Positions 30,045 through 40,401 of a DNA stretch of 64,000 bases are shown in pieces (within the stretch, counting starts at the first letter, position 1; each line of letters opens with the position of its first letter). The DNA comes from Bacteroidales bacterium UBA5429 (GTDB lineage Bacteria > Bacteroidota > Bacteroidia > Bacteroidales > WCHB1-69): contig DIRT01000018.1 in the NCBI GenBank assembly GCA_002427605.1, positions 1,386 to 65,385 of the forward strand. The letters run 5' to 3'. The position numbers were made by a program, and so were the translations under genes. Under the pieces are notes generated by a model. The model was not told where the DNA came from and ran no database searches. It saw nothing but the letters and a program-made list of their open reading frames with translations.

Positions 30045-32324
30045 ATGAAGTATATCCATATCGTTTTACTTCTTGTTACTTTGTCTTTGACACCTGTTTT
30101 GAGTAACGCACAATCCGGAACAATTAAAGGATTTGTATATGATGATGAGAATGGAGAGCCTATTTCTTACTGTATGATGCAGTTAAAAGGGACTCAGTTG
30201 GGAGCTATGACAGAGCGTAGCGGGGCTTTTATTATCACCAGAATTCCGGAAGGAACTTATGTGTTATCAGTTAAATATTTTGGATATACTACAATAGAGG
30301 ATACCATTGTGGTCGGTCGGTCAACAATTACAAAGCGCTACTTATTGAAAAAATCAAATACCATGCTGGATGAGTTTGAGGTTACTGCTGATGCACAACG
30401 CAGAGTACAAGAAACTCGTACGTCAGTAATTAGCATAACTCCCAAAGAGATTGCCAAAATGCCCTCTATTGGAGGACAACCCGACTTTGCGCAATATTTG
30501 CAGGTATTACCAGGTGTAATTTCAACCGGAGACCAAGGGGGACAACTCTATGTGAGAGGGGGAACACCAATTCAGAATATGCTGCTCATCGACGGAATGT
30601 TGCTTTATAATCCATTTCACTCCATTGGCTTGTTTTCCGTTTTTGATACAGAAATTATCAATACCGCTGATGTTTATACCGGAGGATATGGAGCAGAATT
30701 TGGGGGTAGAATATCATCAGTAATGGATATAAAAACACGGGATGGAAATAAAAAGAGAACTTCTGGTAAAATAGATCTAAATAGTTTTGGTGCTAAATTA
30801 TTGTTGGAGGGACCGTTAGTGAAACTAAAAGAGGAGAAGGGGACATCCCTTTCTTATATCGCATCGATTAAAGGATCCTATCTGGAGAAATCATCGAAAC
30901 TATTGTATCCCTATTTGGGTGAAGTGGGCTTGCCTTATAACTATGTTGACTTGTACGGTAAACTCTCTTTAACCACTACAGAAGGATCTAAAGTGAGCAT
31001 TTTTGGATTTAGATTTGATGATCAGGTTAATTTTCCTGATATCGCACAGTATGGTTGGAATAATTGGGGGGCAGGAACCCAGTTTCTCGTTGTTCCCGGA
31101 AATGAACCCACAACTATATCAGGAACTATCTCGTACAGTAATTATAGTTCTCAACTGATTGATCCTGCATTTTACCCCAAGGAGAGCTCAATTGGCGGAT
31201 TTTTAGCTAATATGGCTTTTAATTTCTATATGGGTAAAAATTATTTTACTGCCGGATTTGATTTAACAGGATATAAGGCGTATTATAAATATTTTACCAG
31301 ATCCGGAATGATGGAAGAGGAGGTAGATTATACCACTGATGTGGCGTTATTTGCTAAATATAAGTACAATTACCAGGATCGCTTAATTATCGAACCCGGA
31401 ATTAGACTGCAATATTATGCTTCGATGAGTGCGGCTGTGCCCGAACCCAGACTAGCGATGAAATATAATCTATCTAGAAAAGTTCGACTAAAACTTTCAG
31501 CAGGACTCTTTTCGCAAAATTTCACTACAATCACCTCCGATAGAGATGTGGTTTCCCTGTTTTCCGGTTTTTTGTCGAGTCCGGACCGTCTTCCCTACGA
31601 ATTTGATGGAAAAGAAATGAAAGATAACCTGCAAAAAGCAGCACACTTGATTTTGGGAGTGGAGTTGGATCTTGTTAAGAATGTGGTAATCAATGTGGAA
31701 GGATATTATAAGAGATTTACACAATTGACTACTATTAATCGATATAAAATGTTCGAAATTAATCCCGATTTTATTTGGGAAAAAGGATCTGCTTATGGAG
31801 GGGATATTTCATTGAAATATGATCATAAGAACCTCTATATATGGGCGGTTTATTCGCTGGGATTTGTAGATCGTTATGATGGGAAAATCAATTATCATCC
31901 CCATTTTGACAGAAGACATAATGTTAACTTGCTTGTTTCTTACGCTTTTGGGAAACAGGTTCGTAAGGTTTGGCAAACCGATTTACGCTGGAATTATGGT
32001 TCCGGCTTCCCCTTCTCTCAAACTCAAGCAATCTATCCTCATGTCACTATGGGAGGAACCTTTTCAGGTGATTACGTGCGAGAAAATGAAGAAATCTATT
32101 ATCTGTTGGCTGAACTCAATACGGGCAGATTACCGGCATACCATCGTTTAGATTTTAGTATAAAGAGAAAATTTTATTTTGGTGAGCGAAATTTAGTTGA
32201 GATAACAGGTTCAGTTACAAATCTATACAATTACAAAAACATCTTTTACGTTGATCGTGTAACCGCTGAAATTATCTATCAAATGCCACTTCTATATTCA
32301 TTTGGAGTAACCTGGAGTTTTTAG
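30045..32324 (+). CDS. TonB-dependent receptor with N-terminal carboxypeptidase-regulatory-like domain
   Basis: Signal peptide, plug motif LPGV...VRGG, C-terminal YSFGVTWSF. Confidence 0.88.
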   Translation: MKYIHIVLLLVTLSLTPVLSNAQSGTIKGFVYDDENGEPISYCMMQLKGTQLGAMTERSGAFIITRIPEGTYVLSVKYFGYTTIEDTIVVGRSTITKRYLLKKSNTMLDEFEVTADAQRRVQETRTSVISITPKEIAKMPSIGGQPDFAQYLQVLPGVISTGDQGGQLYVRGGTPIQNMLLIDGMLLYNPFHSIGLFSVFDTEIINTADVYTGGYGAEFGGRISSVMDIKTRDGNKKRTSGKIDLNSFGAKLLLEGPLVKLKEEKGTSLSYIASIKGSYLEKSSKLLYPYLGEVGLPYNYVDLYGKLSLTTTEGSKVSIFGFRFDDQVNFPDIAQYGWNNWGAGTQFLVVPGNEPTTISGTISYSNYSSQLIDPAFYPKESSIGGFLANMAFNFYMGKNYFTAGFDLTGYKAYYKYFTRSGMMEEEVDYTTDVALFAKYKYNYQDRLIIEPGIRLQYYASMSAAVPEPRLAMKYNLSRKVRLKLSAGLFSQNFTTITSDRDVVSLFSGFLSSPDRLPYEFDGKEMKDNLQKAAHLILGVELDLVKNVVINVEGYYKRFTQLTTINRYKMFEINPDFIWEKGSAYGGDISLKYDHKNLYIWAVYSLGFVDRYDGKINYHPHFDRRHNVNLLVSYAFGKQVRKVWQTDLRWNYGSGFPFSQTQAIYPHVTMGGTFSGDYVRENEEIYYLLAELNTGRLPAYHRLDFSIKRKFYFGERNLVEITGSVTNLYNYKNIFYVDRVTAEIIYQMPLLYSFGVTWSF

Positions 32325-32339
32325 GGGGCAAATGACTTA

Positions 32340-33368
32340 TTGAGTATGAATACAGCAAAAACAGTGCATGGGTCTGCTCATGAAAACATAAAATTGAAAG
32401 TCCAAAGAGTGATTGCTATAGGATCAGTTTTGATCTTTGTAGGAAAACTCCTGGCTTATTTCCTGACCCATTCGGTGAGTATTATGACCGATGCTCTGGA
32501 AAGTATCGTCAATGTGATTACCGGACTTATCACGCTTTATGCTGTTTACTTATCCTGTCAACCCAAAGATGAAAATCACCCGTTTGGACATGGAAAGGCG
32601 GAGTTCCTTTCCGCTTCTATTGAAGGGTTTTTGATTATTATTGCCGGACTCGTGATCATTTTTGAAGCGGTAAAACGTTTCTTTATTCCGGTTCCGATTC
32701 TAAAAATGGATATTGGGATTATTATTGTTGCTATTGCGGGTGCTTTAAACTATTTGTTGGGCTGGTACAGTATCAGAATGGGAAAAAAACATAACTCTAT
32801 CGCACTCATTTCAGGAGGAAAACACTTACATTCAGATACTTACTCATCCATTGGGTTATTGATAGGATTGCTATTGATCTATTTCACTAAACTCGTATGG
32901 TTGGATAGTCTCGTTGCGCTGTTATTTGGTACCATTATCATCGTAACCGGTGTGAAAATTCTAAGAGAAACTATTTCCCATTTGATGGATAAAGCCGATT
33001 TTGTACTAATAGAGAAAATCGGTAAAATGATAGATCAAAACAAGTCGGATTTGTGGATTGACATTCACAATTTTAAATTGGTCAAGTATGGCAACGGATA
33101 CCATATCGATTGTGATTTAGTATTACCACGGAATTTGTACCTATTTGAAGCTCACGAAGAGGGAGAGAAGTTGCGGGAGCTATTGGTTTCTAACTTTTCA
33201 GAAGATATCACTTTCAACCTGCACACCGATGAGTGTTTTAGAAACTATTGCAAGCATTGTAAAAGAGAAAATTGCACTGAACGGACCCACGAGTTTGAAT
33301 CCCAAATCAGTTTTGATATCGACCGATTTACCAAGGAAATTTCAGAAAAAGACGCAGATTTGGTTTAA
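32340..33368 (+). CDS. Cation diffusion facilitator transporter
   Basis: DALES, HPFGHGKAE, HLHSD, six TM helices. Confidence 0.92.
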   Translation: MSMNTAKTVHGSAHENIKLKVQRVIAIGSVLIFVGKLLAYFLTHSVSIMTDALESIVNVITGLITLYAVYLSCQPKDENHPFGHGKAEFLSASIEGFLIIIAGLVIIFEAVKRFFIPVPILKMDIGIIIVAIAGALNYLLGWYSIRMGKKHNSIALISGGKHLHSDTYSSIGLLIGLLLIYFTKLVWLDSLVALLFGTIIIVTGVKILRETISHLMDKADFVLIEKIGKMIDQNKSDLWIDIHNFKLVKYGNGYHIDCDLVLPRNLYLFEAHEEGEKLRELLVSNFSEDITFNLHTDECFRNYCKHCKRENCTERTHEFESQISFDIDRFTKEISEKDADLV

Positions 33369-33452
33369 ATCTTATTCCCCTTTCGGTCATTGAGCGAAGT
33401 CGAAATGTCCGCCTTTTATTTCTATTTTTTACTTCTTATTTCATACTTCTTA

Positions 33453-33520
33453 TTTGGAATTTAAAATAATTGGGGGGCAGGATGTGTCTTCCTTTTTAGT
33501 TATCCTATTTCCCCACTCTC
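33453..33520 (+). repeat. Dispersed element copy D (solo, between convergent genes)
   Basis: TTTGGAATTTAAAATAATTGGGGGGCAGGAT...TTTTTAGTTATCCTATTTCCCCACTCTC; left half resembles C, right half resembles E. Confidence 0.85.
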
Positions 33521-33584
33521 CAATATGAAAGCTTATTATTTATATCGTGAACCTGACAGTACAATCTATCTCAAAAATCGTTTA

Positions 33585-34430
33585 TTACTCCACCACAAAA
33601 CTCCTCAAAAGAGCAATCTCTTCTGCCCAAAGTGTAGGATCAGGAGTTTCTAAAATGATAGGAATGTGGTTAAAACGGGGATCATTCATAAAGCGTTTAA
33701 AGAAATCAATACCCAAGAATCCTTTGCCGATACTGTCGTGTCTGTCCACTCTGCTGCCAAACTCTTTTTTGGTGTCATTTAAGTGGATCGCTTTCAGATA
33801 GTTAGCTCCGATAATTTCATCAAACTGACGGAAAGTTTCCGCATAGCCTGCTTCTGTTTTTAAGTCATAGCCGGCAGAGTAGGAGTGACAAGAGTCAATA
33901 CAAACCCCGACACGCGTTTTATCCTCTACCTGGTCAATAATTTGGGCAATCTGTTCAAAAGTGTGTCCAAGATTGGTTCCTTGTCCTGCTGTATTTTCAA
34001 TAATGGCAGAAACCCCTTTGGTCTTGTCCAAAGCGATGTTGATTGACTCGGCAATAGTTGCCAGACACTCATCAATAGAGTGTTGATTCAGGTGACTTCC
34101 CGGGTGGAAATTGAGCAACTGTAATCCCAATTGCTCACAGCGTTGCATCTCATCTAAAAAGGCATTACGTGATTTTTCCAACCCTTCCTTTTCGGGGTGT
34201 CCCAAATTGATTAAATAACTATCATGGGGGAGGATATGCTCCGCTTTGATTCCATATTTTTCACAATTTTCTTTGAATAGCTCTATGCTTTTTTTTGTCA
34301 AAGGGGGTGATACCCATCTTCTTTGATTTTTTGTAAAAAAAGCAAAGGCATTGGCTCCAATTTCATGGGCTCTGATGGGTGCATTTTCAACGCCACCTTC
34401 AGCGCTGACATGGGCTCCAATATATTTCAT
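33585..34430 (-). CDS. nfo: Endonuclease IV
   Basis: [40 protein letters not shown]. Confidence 0.96.
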   Translation of the reverse strand: MKYIGAHVSAEGGVENAPIRAHEIGANAFAFFTKNQRRWVSPPLTKKSIELFKENCEKYGIKAEHILPHDSYLINLGHPEKEGLEKSRNAFLDEMQRCEQLGLQLLNFHPGSHLNQHSIDECLATIAESINIALDKTKGVSAIIENTAGQGTNLGHTFEQIAQIIDQVEDKTRVGVCIDSCHSYSAGYDLKTEAGYAETFRQFDEIIGANYLKAIHLNDTKKEFGSRVDRHDSIGKGFLGIDFFKRFMNDPRFNHIPIILETPDPTLWAEEIALLRSFVVE

Positions 34431-34440
34431 ATTTCAATAC

Positions 34441-36201
34441 TTATTTTTTAATTATTCTTCCGTATCTTCTTCTTCGGATCAATATGAGTACTACTCCCAT
34501 TACCAAAATCATAACGAGAGGAATAATGATATTGATTACCGCATAAAAGGTACCGTTTTCTCTTATTTTTTGTGGATCCAATGTTCCAATTTTAAAACTT
34601 TTTGAACGCACTTGAAGGAGATCATCATCAGCACAGAGATAGTTGACACAGTTTAAAATAAAGTCAGTATTGTCGTACAGGGTTCGCGTATAAATATCAT
34701 ACCCGGCAGGGTAAGGTTGGTTGGACTTGGAGTCGAAATAGTTGCGAATCACATCTCCATCCGCAACGAAGATTTGTCTGGTATGAGGACTCTGATCTTT
34801 GAATCCCAATTCTTTAATCGTATCAAACTCAACAGGAAGAATACCACTATAAGCAGAGTTAAACTCCCCTTCTACCAATACTGCCAAGGGTAGATATTTA
34901 AAGGCATACTCTTCCATAATCGGTTTGGATTTGACTACTCCCAATGAAACGATAGCCGGTGTGGGCACCATTTTTGTGCGTTCGGATGTAGTTACTAAAA
35001 CAGTCTTTCTGAGATCTCCCGAAGAACCTATAAAATCAACAGTACCGGTGAAATCCATCTTTAGATTCTTGAGTTTTCTGGTAATCGGATGCGAGGAAAA
35101 GTTCACAGCATTAACGATATAGGGGAAAGCCCAAAATTTGAATTGTGGTTGATCGCCGATATATCCTGAGGGGATAGGTACGGAGAGACAGGTTAAATCT
35201 TGTATCAGATTAGGATTGATACGGACTCCATATTTAAAAAAGAGCGTATTCAGTCCCAAAGGGCGTTCCACTGCGAAGAACTCGGGAGCAGTCTGTAAGC
35301 TGTCTATGGAAGCGTTGGAAGCATCGATGAGCCACAAAACTTTCCCCCCCCTCATGATATGTTGGTCAATCAAATACTTATTGATATCATCAAAGGGTTC
35401 TGTGGGTTGTGCAACAATCAAAACATCATATTTATTACCCAAGTCTTTAATGGTTTGTTTTACAGAATCTTCAATAGCAATACTCCTCAAAGTGTTGATT
35501 CTACCATCTAAGGTAACCCGTTCTACACTATAAAAGCGCTTTAGCTGGTACATCATCCAGGAGGTACTCATAAAGTCCAGCTCACCATGTCCATCCGTAA
35601 AGGCAATTTTGGCAGTTCTGGGTGCTACCAATTGACGGATTGTAGCCACTAAATTATACTCCAGCTCCTGAACTGAATAGTCGAGCCAACTGCTGCTGTT
35701 GTTGGGATCGGAAACCACCAAAGTAGCGGGTGCTTCCTTAACTTTGTACGAAATCATGGCTCCCGGTACTACGTAGTGCGTAGAGAAGCCTGTAGCATCC
35801 TGTTTACTGATGGGAATCGGATGCAATCCTTTTTTATAAAATTCACCGAAGATCGCTTTGCTCTCATCAGCAGATTTACCGGCAATAGGATCTACAAATT
35901 CAAAATAGATATTTTTGGAATAGCGACGAAACTCTTGAAGAATGTCCTCTGTTTTCTTTGCAAATAGTTCATAATCAGCAGGTTGATTTTTTCCTTTTAG
36001 ATACACCTTGATATATATCTTTTCATCCAGTGATTTGAGTAGTTCAATCGTGGTTTTGGAAAGTGAATTACGCTTGTCTTGAGTAAGGTCAATTCTAAAA
36101 AATAGGTACGAGAAAACGATATTCAAGGTAACCAAAATGACTATCGCTACGAGCAAACTCGTTAAGGCCGTTTTTTTATATTTTTTGCTATTATTCATCA
36201 T
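34441..36201 (-). CDS. gldG: Gliding motility-associated ABC transporter substrate-binding protein GldG
   Basis: RIDLTQDKRNSLS, FTDGHGE, YLIDQHIMRGG, ADGD. Confidence 0.88.
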   Translation of the reverse strand: MMNNSKKYKKTALTSLLVAIVILVTLNIVFSYLFFRIDLTQDKRNSLSKTTIELLKSLDEKIYIKVYLKGKNQPADYELFAKKTEDILQEFRRYSKNIYFEFVDPIAGKSADESKAIFGEFYKKGLHPIPISKQDATGFSTHYVVPGAMISYKVKEAPATLVVSDPNNSSSWLDYSVQELEYNLVATIRQLVAPRTAKIAFTDGHGELDFMSTSWMMYQLKRFYSVERVTLDGRINTLRSIAIEDSVKQTIKDLGNKYDVLIVAQPTEPFDDINKYLIDQHIMRGGKVLWLIDASNASIDSLQTAPEFFAVERPLGLNTLFFKYGVRINPNLIQDLTCLSVPIPSGYIGDQPQFKFWAFPYIVNAVNFSSHPITRKLKNLKMDFTGTVDFIGSSGDLRKTVLVTTSERTKMVPTPAIVSLGVVKSKPIMEEYAFKYLPLAVLVEGEFNSAYSGILPVEFDTIKELGFKDQSPHTRQIFVADGDVIRNYFDSKSNQPYPAGYDIYTRTLYDNTDFILNCVNYLCADDDLLQVRSKSFKIGTLDPQKIRENGTFYAVINIIIPLVMILVMGVVLILIRRRRYGRIIKK

Positions 36202-36217
36202 TACTAAAGTTAACAGA

Positions 36218-36949
36218 TTACCATTTTCTACTGATCAAAACAATACGTGTAGCAATTAAAAAGAGGAAAATCATACTAAAAAAGTAGAGGAGATCCCGCG
36301 AATCAATCACCCCTTTACTAATCGAAGCGTAATGGTGGTCGATTCCTATGGTTTTAATCAAATATCCTACAGAGCCCAAAGCTTCAAAAGAGTAAATAAA
36401 CTCGAATCCAAAATAGAAAATAAAACAGAGTGGTGCAGCCACAATAAAGGCGATAATTTGGTTGGTAGTCAGCGCCGAAGCAAAAATCCCGATACTGATA
36501 AAAGTAGATCCCAGCAAAACCAATCCTAAATAGGAACCCCATGTACTACCCATATCAATATTGCCCGGAGGCGAGCCTAAATTGTACACTGTAATGATGT
36601 AGATTAACGTAGGTAACAGCGCAATAATGAGCAGGACAACGCTGGCAAAAAACTTAGCCAGGATAATCTGAGTGTCCGATAACGGCTTGGTCAACAGCAA
36701 TTCAATGGTACCACTTCGTCTCTCTTCCGCAAAAGAACGCATGGTAATAGCAGGTACCAGAAACAGAAAGAGGAATTTGGAGATATTGAAAAGACCTTGC
36801 AAATCAGCATAGCCGGAGTAAAGAACGTTGTTAATATTGGGGAAAACCCACAGAAAAAGAGCTGCAATAATCAGGAAAACACCGATAAAAATATAACCCA
36901 AAATCGAGCTCAGATAAGATTTCAATTCCTTCAAGAAAAGCGTGTACAT
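36218..36949 (-). CDS. gldF: Gliding motility-associated ABC permease GldF
   Basis: PAITMRSFAEERRSGTIELLLTKP, GVIDSRDLLYF. Confidence 0.9.
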   Translation of the reverse strand: MYTLFLKELKSYLSSILGYIFIGVFLIIAALFLWVFPNINNVLYSGYADLQGLFNISKFLFLFLVPAITMRSFAEERRSGTIELLLTKPLSDTQIILAKFFASVVLLIIALLPTLIYIITVYNLGSPPGNIDMGSTWGSYLGLVLLGSTFISIGIFASALTTNQIIAFIVAAPLCFIFYFGFEFIYSFEALGSVGYLIKTIGIDHHYASISKGVIDSRDLLYFFSMIFLFLIATRIVLISRKW

Positions 36950-36983
36950 AGTTTATGCATTTAACCTGCAAAGATACAATGAA

Positions 36984-37012
36984 ATTTCGGATTTCGGATT
37001 TCGGATTTCGGA
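36984..37012. repeat. (TTTCGGA)x4 heptamer array
   Basis: Read directly, next to the gldF -7 element. Confidence 0.85.
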
Positions 37013-37222
37013 ATTTGAATACTGAGCAATTTTATAATATAATTTACTGATATAGAATTCTATATATTTTATTATCAACCAGATATAAAACTGCGACAAC
37101 TTGTCGCAGCTTTTCTATAGTTTTTAAAAATCCAGCAAAAATTCCATAAAACTAATCTTATAATCCTATCAATCCAATAAATCCTAATCTAAATAGTGTA
37201 TATTTGCACTCTATTTTTCTTC

Positions 37223-39647
37223 ATGATGAGACGTTTACTATTGATATTTTGTATTCCTCTATTTCTTTTTTCCTGCAGTACGGTGAAAAGAGACTCGCAA
37301 CAGGTTTTGCAGTTGTACTACGACAAGCCGGCGAATCGTTGGGAGGAAACGCTTCCTTTGGGAAATGGAAGAATAGGAATGATGATAGATGGAGGAATTG
37401 AGCAGGAGGAGATCGTTTTAAACGACATCACAATGTGGTCGGGGAGTATTGACCCGGAAACGATCAATCCCGATGCCCGGGAGCAGCTTCCTGTGATTCG
37501 TCAGCTTTTGCTTGAAGGGAAGAATGAGCAGGCGCAGGAGTTGGTGTATCGCTATTTCAAATGTGGTGGCAAAGGTTCCCATTTTGGAAATGGTAAAGAT
37601 GCTCCTTACGGATCTTTTCAACTGCTTGGAAATCTGAAAGTTAAACATCTTTATCCCGATCAGTCCGAAGTGACGGAGTATCGCCGGACGCTCTCTTTGA
37701 ACGATGCTGTCGCCACTACGCAGTTTCAGAAAGGAAAGGTGACTTACCAACGACACTATTTTGCGTCCCATACGGATGATCTGCTGGTGGCTCACTACAC
37801 TGCGGATCAGCGGGGTGCGTTGTCGATGGAGATTGCGTTGGAGCGTCCCGAAAGAGTGCAAATCAGTGTTCATTCGGATGAAATTGTGATGCAGGGGCAA
37901 CTGAATGACGGTTTTGATGGCGATCAGGGAGTTCGTTATTTTTTTACTTTGAAAATAAAAAAAAAGGGGGGGGACGCATACCTCTACAGATAGTTCTTTG
38001 ATTATTAGCCAAGCCTCTGAGGTTACGATACTGATGTGTACCTCTACGAACATGCTGGAGAAGAACCACATTCAAACCGTTCAAGACAACTTAAGTCATG
38101 CTGAAAAGTACAGTTTCCGGCAGCTGAAAAAGCGTCACATGAAAGTTTATCGCGAAAAGTTTGATCGGGTGGAACTGGATTTAGGTCCGCAAAATTTGGA
38201 TATTCCCACAGATCAACGGCTGCTCCAATTTCAGTCGGATGAAGATCCTGCTTTGGTAGCACTCTATTTTCAGTATGGTCGCTACTTGATGATCAGCGGG
38301 ACGCGAGAAAACAGCTTACCGTTGAATCTGCAAGGACTTTGGACAAATCAGGTGCAGACGCCCTGGAATGGAGACTACCATTTGAATATCAACGTTCAGA
38401 TGAACTATTGGCTGGCTGAGGTGGGGAATCTGGCGGAACTTCACCTTCCTTTGGTCAGATTGACTGAGTCGTTGCAATCGTCAGGGGAGAGGACGGCAAA
38501 AGGGTTTTATCAGGCAGAGGGTTGGGTGGCTCACATGATGACCAATCCGTGGCATTTTACCGCTCCGGGAGAGCATGCTTCCTGGGGAGCAACCAATACC
38601 GGTGGAGCCTGGCTCTGTGCACACCTTTGGGAGCATTATCAGTACGGATTGGATACGGCTTATTTACGATCTGTTTACCCGATTATTCGGGGTGCGGCTC
38701 AATTTTTCCTATCCGCTATGATTGAGGAACCCCGCCATAATTATTGGGTTACAGCGCCCTCTTCTTCTCCGGAGAATGGCTTTAAAATACCCGGTTCGGA
38801 TCAGACAATCTACGTCTGTCTTGGTCCTACTATGGATGCACAGATTATCCGCGAGCTCTTCACTAATCTCCTTTCGGCGGCGCAGATATTGGGTAGCAGC
38901 GATGAGGTAACGGAAGCGGTTGAACAGGCGCTATTCCGCCTCCCCCAAAATAATATTAGTCCAAAAGGATATTTAATGGAATGGCTGGAAGATTATGAGG
39001 AAGTGGATATCCAACACCGGCACGTGTCTCATTTGTATGGATTGTACCCATCCAATCAGATTTCTCCGGACTTTACGCCGGAATGGGCTCAGGCGGCGAA
39101 AGTAACGCTCAATCGGCGAGGTGACGAGGGTACCGGATGGTCAAGAGCGTGGAAAATCAATTTTTGGGCAAGATTGAAGGATGGAAACCGGGCGTACAGC
39201 TTGTTGAAAAAACTACTGGAACCTGCCTGGAATCCGGAAAATAAAGAGGAGCAGCGGGCAGGAACTTATCCGAACCTCTTTTGTGCGCATCCTCCTTTTC
39301 AGATTGATGGCAATTTTGGAGGGAGTGCAGGGATTGCCGAAATGCTGATCCAGAGTCAGCACGGGTTTATTGAGTTGCTTCCCGCACTGCCCGATCGATG
39401 GGAGAAGGGTAGTCTCAAAGGAGTTTGCGTTCGGGGAGCCGGAGAGGTGGATCTTATTTGGGAAAATCATCAGGTTCAGGAGGTTACGCTCAGAGCCAAA
39501 GCAGATCATCAATATCGGATCAAAATACCCGACTATGTTAAAACCGTGAAATGGGATCGCAATAAAGTGGATAGAGCAGATACTCCTTTTGTGGAAATTA
39601 ACTTGAAGAAGGGGGAAGAAGTTACATTGCAATTGATTCCTTTCTAA
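37223..39647 (+). pseudogene. GH95 alpha-L-fucosidase split by a one-base frameshift at an A9G8 run
   Basis: ORF1 has lipobox LFSC and WEETLPLGNG; ORF2 has YFQYGRYL, HRHVSHLYG and FQIDGNFG; removing one base of the run at about 37957-37973 joins them (KKGGTHTSTDSSLII). Confidence 0.85.
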
Positions 39648-39691
39648 ATCATTTATTTTATCGTATCTTTGCCATGAAAAATAGTTTCAGC

Positions 39692-40177
39692 ATGAAAAAA
39701 TGGATCATTATTCCTTTGCTTTTTATAGTTTTCTGTTCATTTCATATACAGCACGGTATGGTTAAAGTGTATCATAAAGATTCCCGCTACTCCTCCGATC
39801 AGATTTGCAACCTTCGGGACGGAAAAGTGTACAAAAAAAGTTCCTCATACTCTTCCGATATTGTTTGTCGGATCGAGGGCAATAAGATTTATAAAAACAA
39901 CTCGACATACAGCACCGATATCATCTATACCATAAAAGAAAACAAGGTTTATAGGGGCAACTCCACCTATTCCAGTGACCAGGTTTACACAATCAAGGAT
40001 GGCAAGGTGTACAAGGGAAACTCCACTTACAGCAGCGATCTTCTTTACACCATCAAGGACAACAAAGTGTACAAAGGCAACTCAACCTACAGCAGTGATT
40101 TGTATTTCAGCTACGATAACTACGTCACCATTGAAGAGTTTGTTGCTATTTTACATGTGGTGAGATATACTTTTTAG
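39692..40177 (+). CDS. Secreted protein with six 20-aa tandem repeats
   Basis: KVYKGNSTYSSDxxYTIKD/E repeats with 60-bp DNA periodicity; the -7 element overlaps the first ATG, so the second Met is preferred. Confidence 0.85.
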   Translation: MKKWIIIPLLFIVFCSFHIQHGMVKVYHKDSRYSSDQICNLRDGKVYKKSSSYSSDIVCRIEGNKIYKNNSTYSTDIIYTIKENKVYRGNSTYSSDQVYTIKDGKVYKGNSTYSSDLLYTIKDNKVYKGNSTYSSDLYFSYDNYVTIEEFVAILHVVRYTF

Positions 40178-40377
40178 ATTTTGGATAATTCGGTATACTT
40201 TTGTTTCAAATAATCATATTCCGATTGATAGCGTTTCAATCTGTCGAGGTCTTTTTGGGTGGGAGCAGATAGGCGTGTTAAGTCCATATTGTTCTGCAGA
40301 TCATACAATTTTACGGTTGTTGCCAGCAACTGTTCTCCTATGGCAGCGGCACTTATAAACACATTGTAGTTTGTCAT
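40174..40377 (-). CDS. Small hypothetical protein (67 aa)
   Basis: Follows prsW on the same strand; helical C-terminus; stop overlaps the convergent gene's stop by 4 nt. Confidence 0.5.
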   Translation of the reverse strand: MTNYNVFISAAAIGEQLLATTVKLYDLQNNMDLTRLSAPTQKDLDRLKRYQSEYDYLKQKYTELSKI

Positions 40378-40401
40378 AAATTGATCGGAATATTCTTTAT
40401 T

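Noticed and set aside
37957-37973. Programmed -1 frameshift at A-AAA-AAG in GH95
   Set aside because: The downstream half is in the +1 frame, so a -1 shift would not produce the enzyme
39800-40100. 60-bp periodic DNA as a non-coding array
   Set aside because: Differences concentrate at third codon positions, so it is a protein repeat
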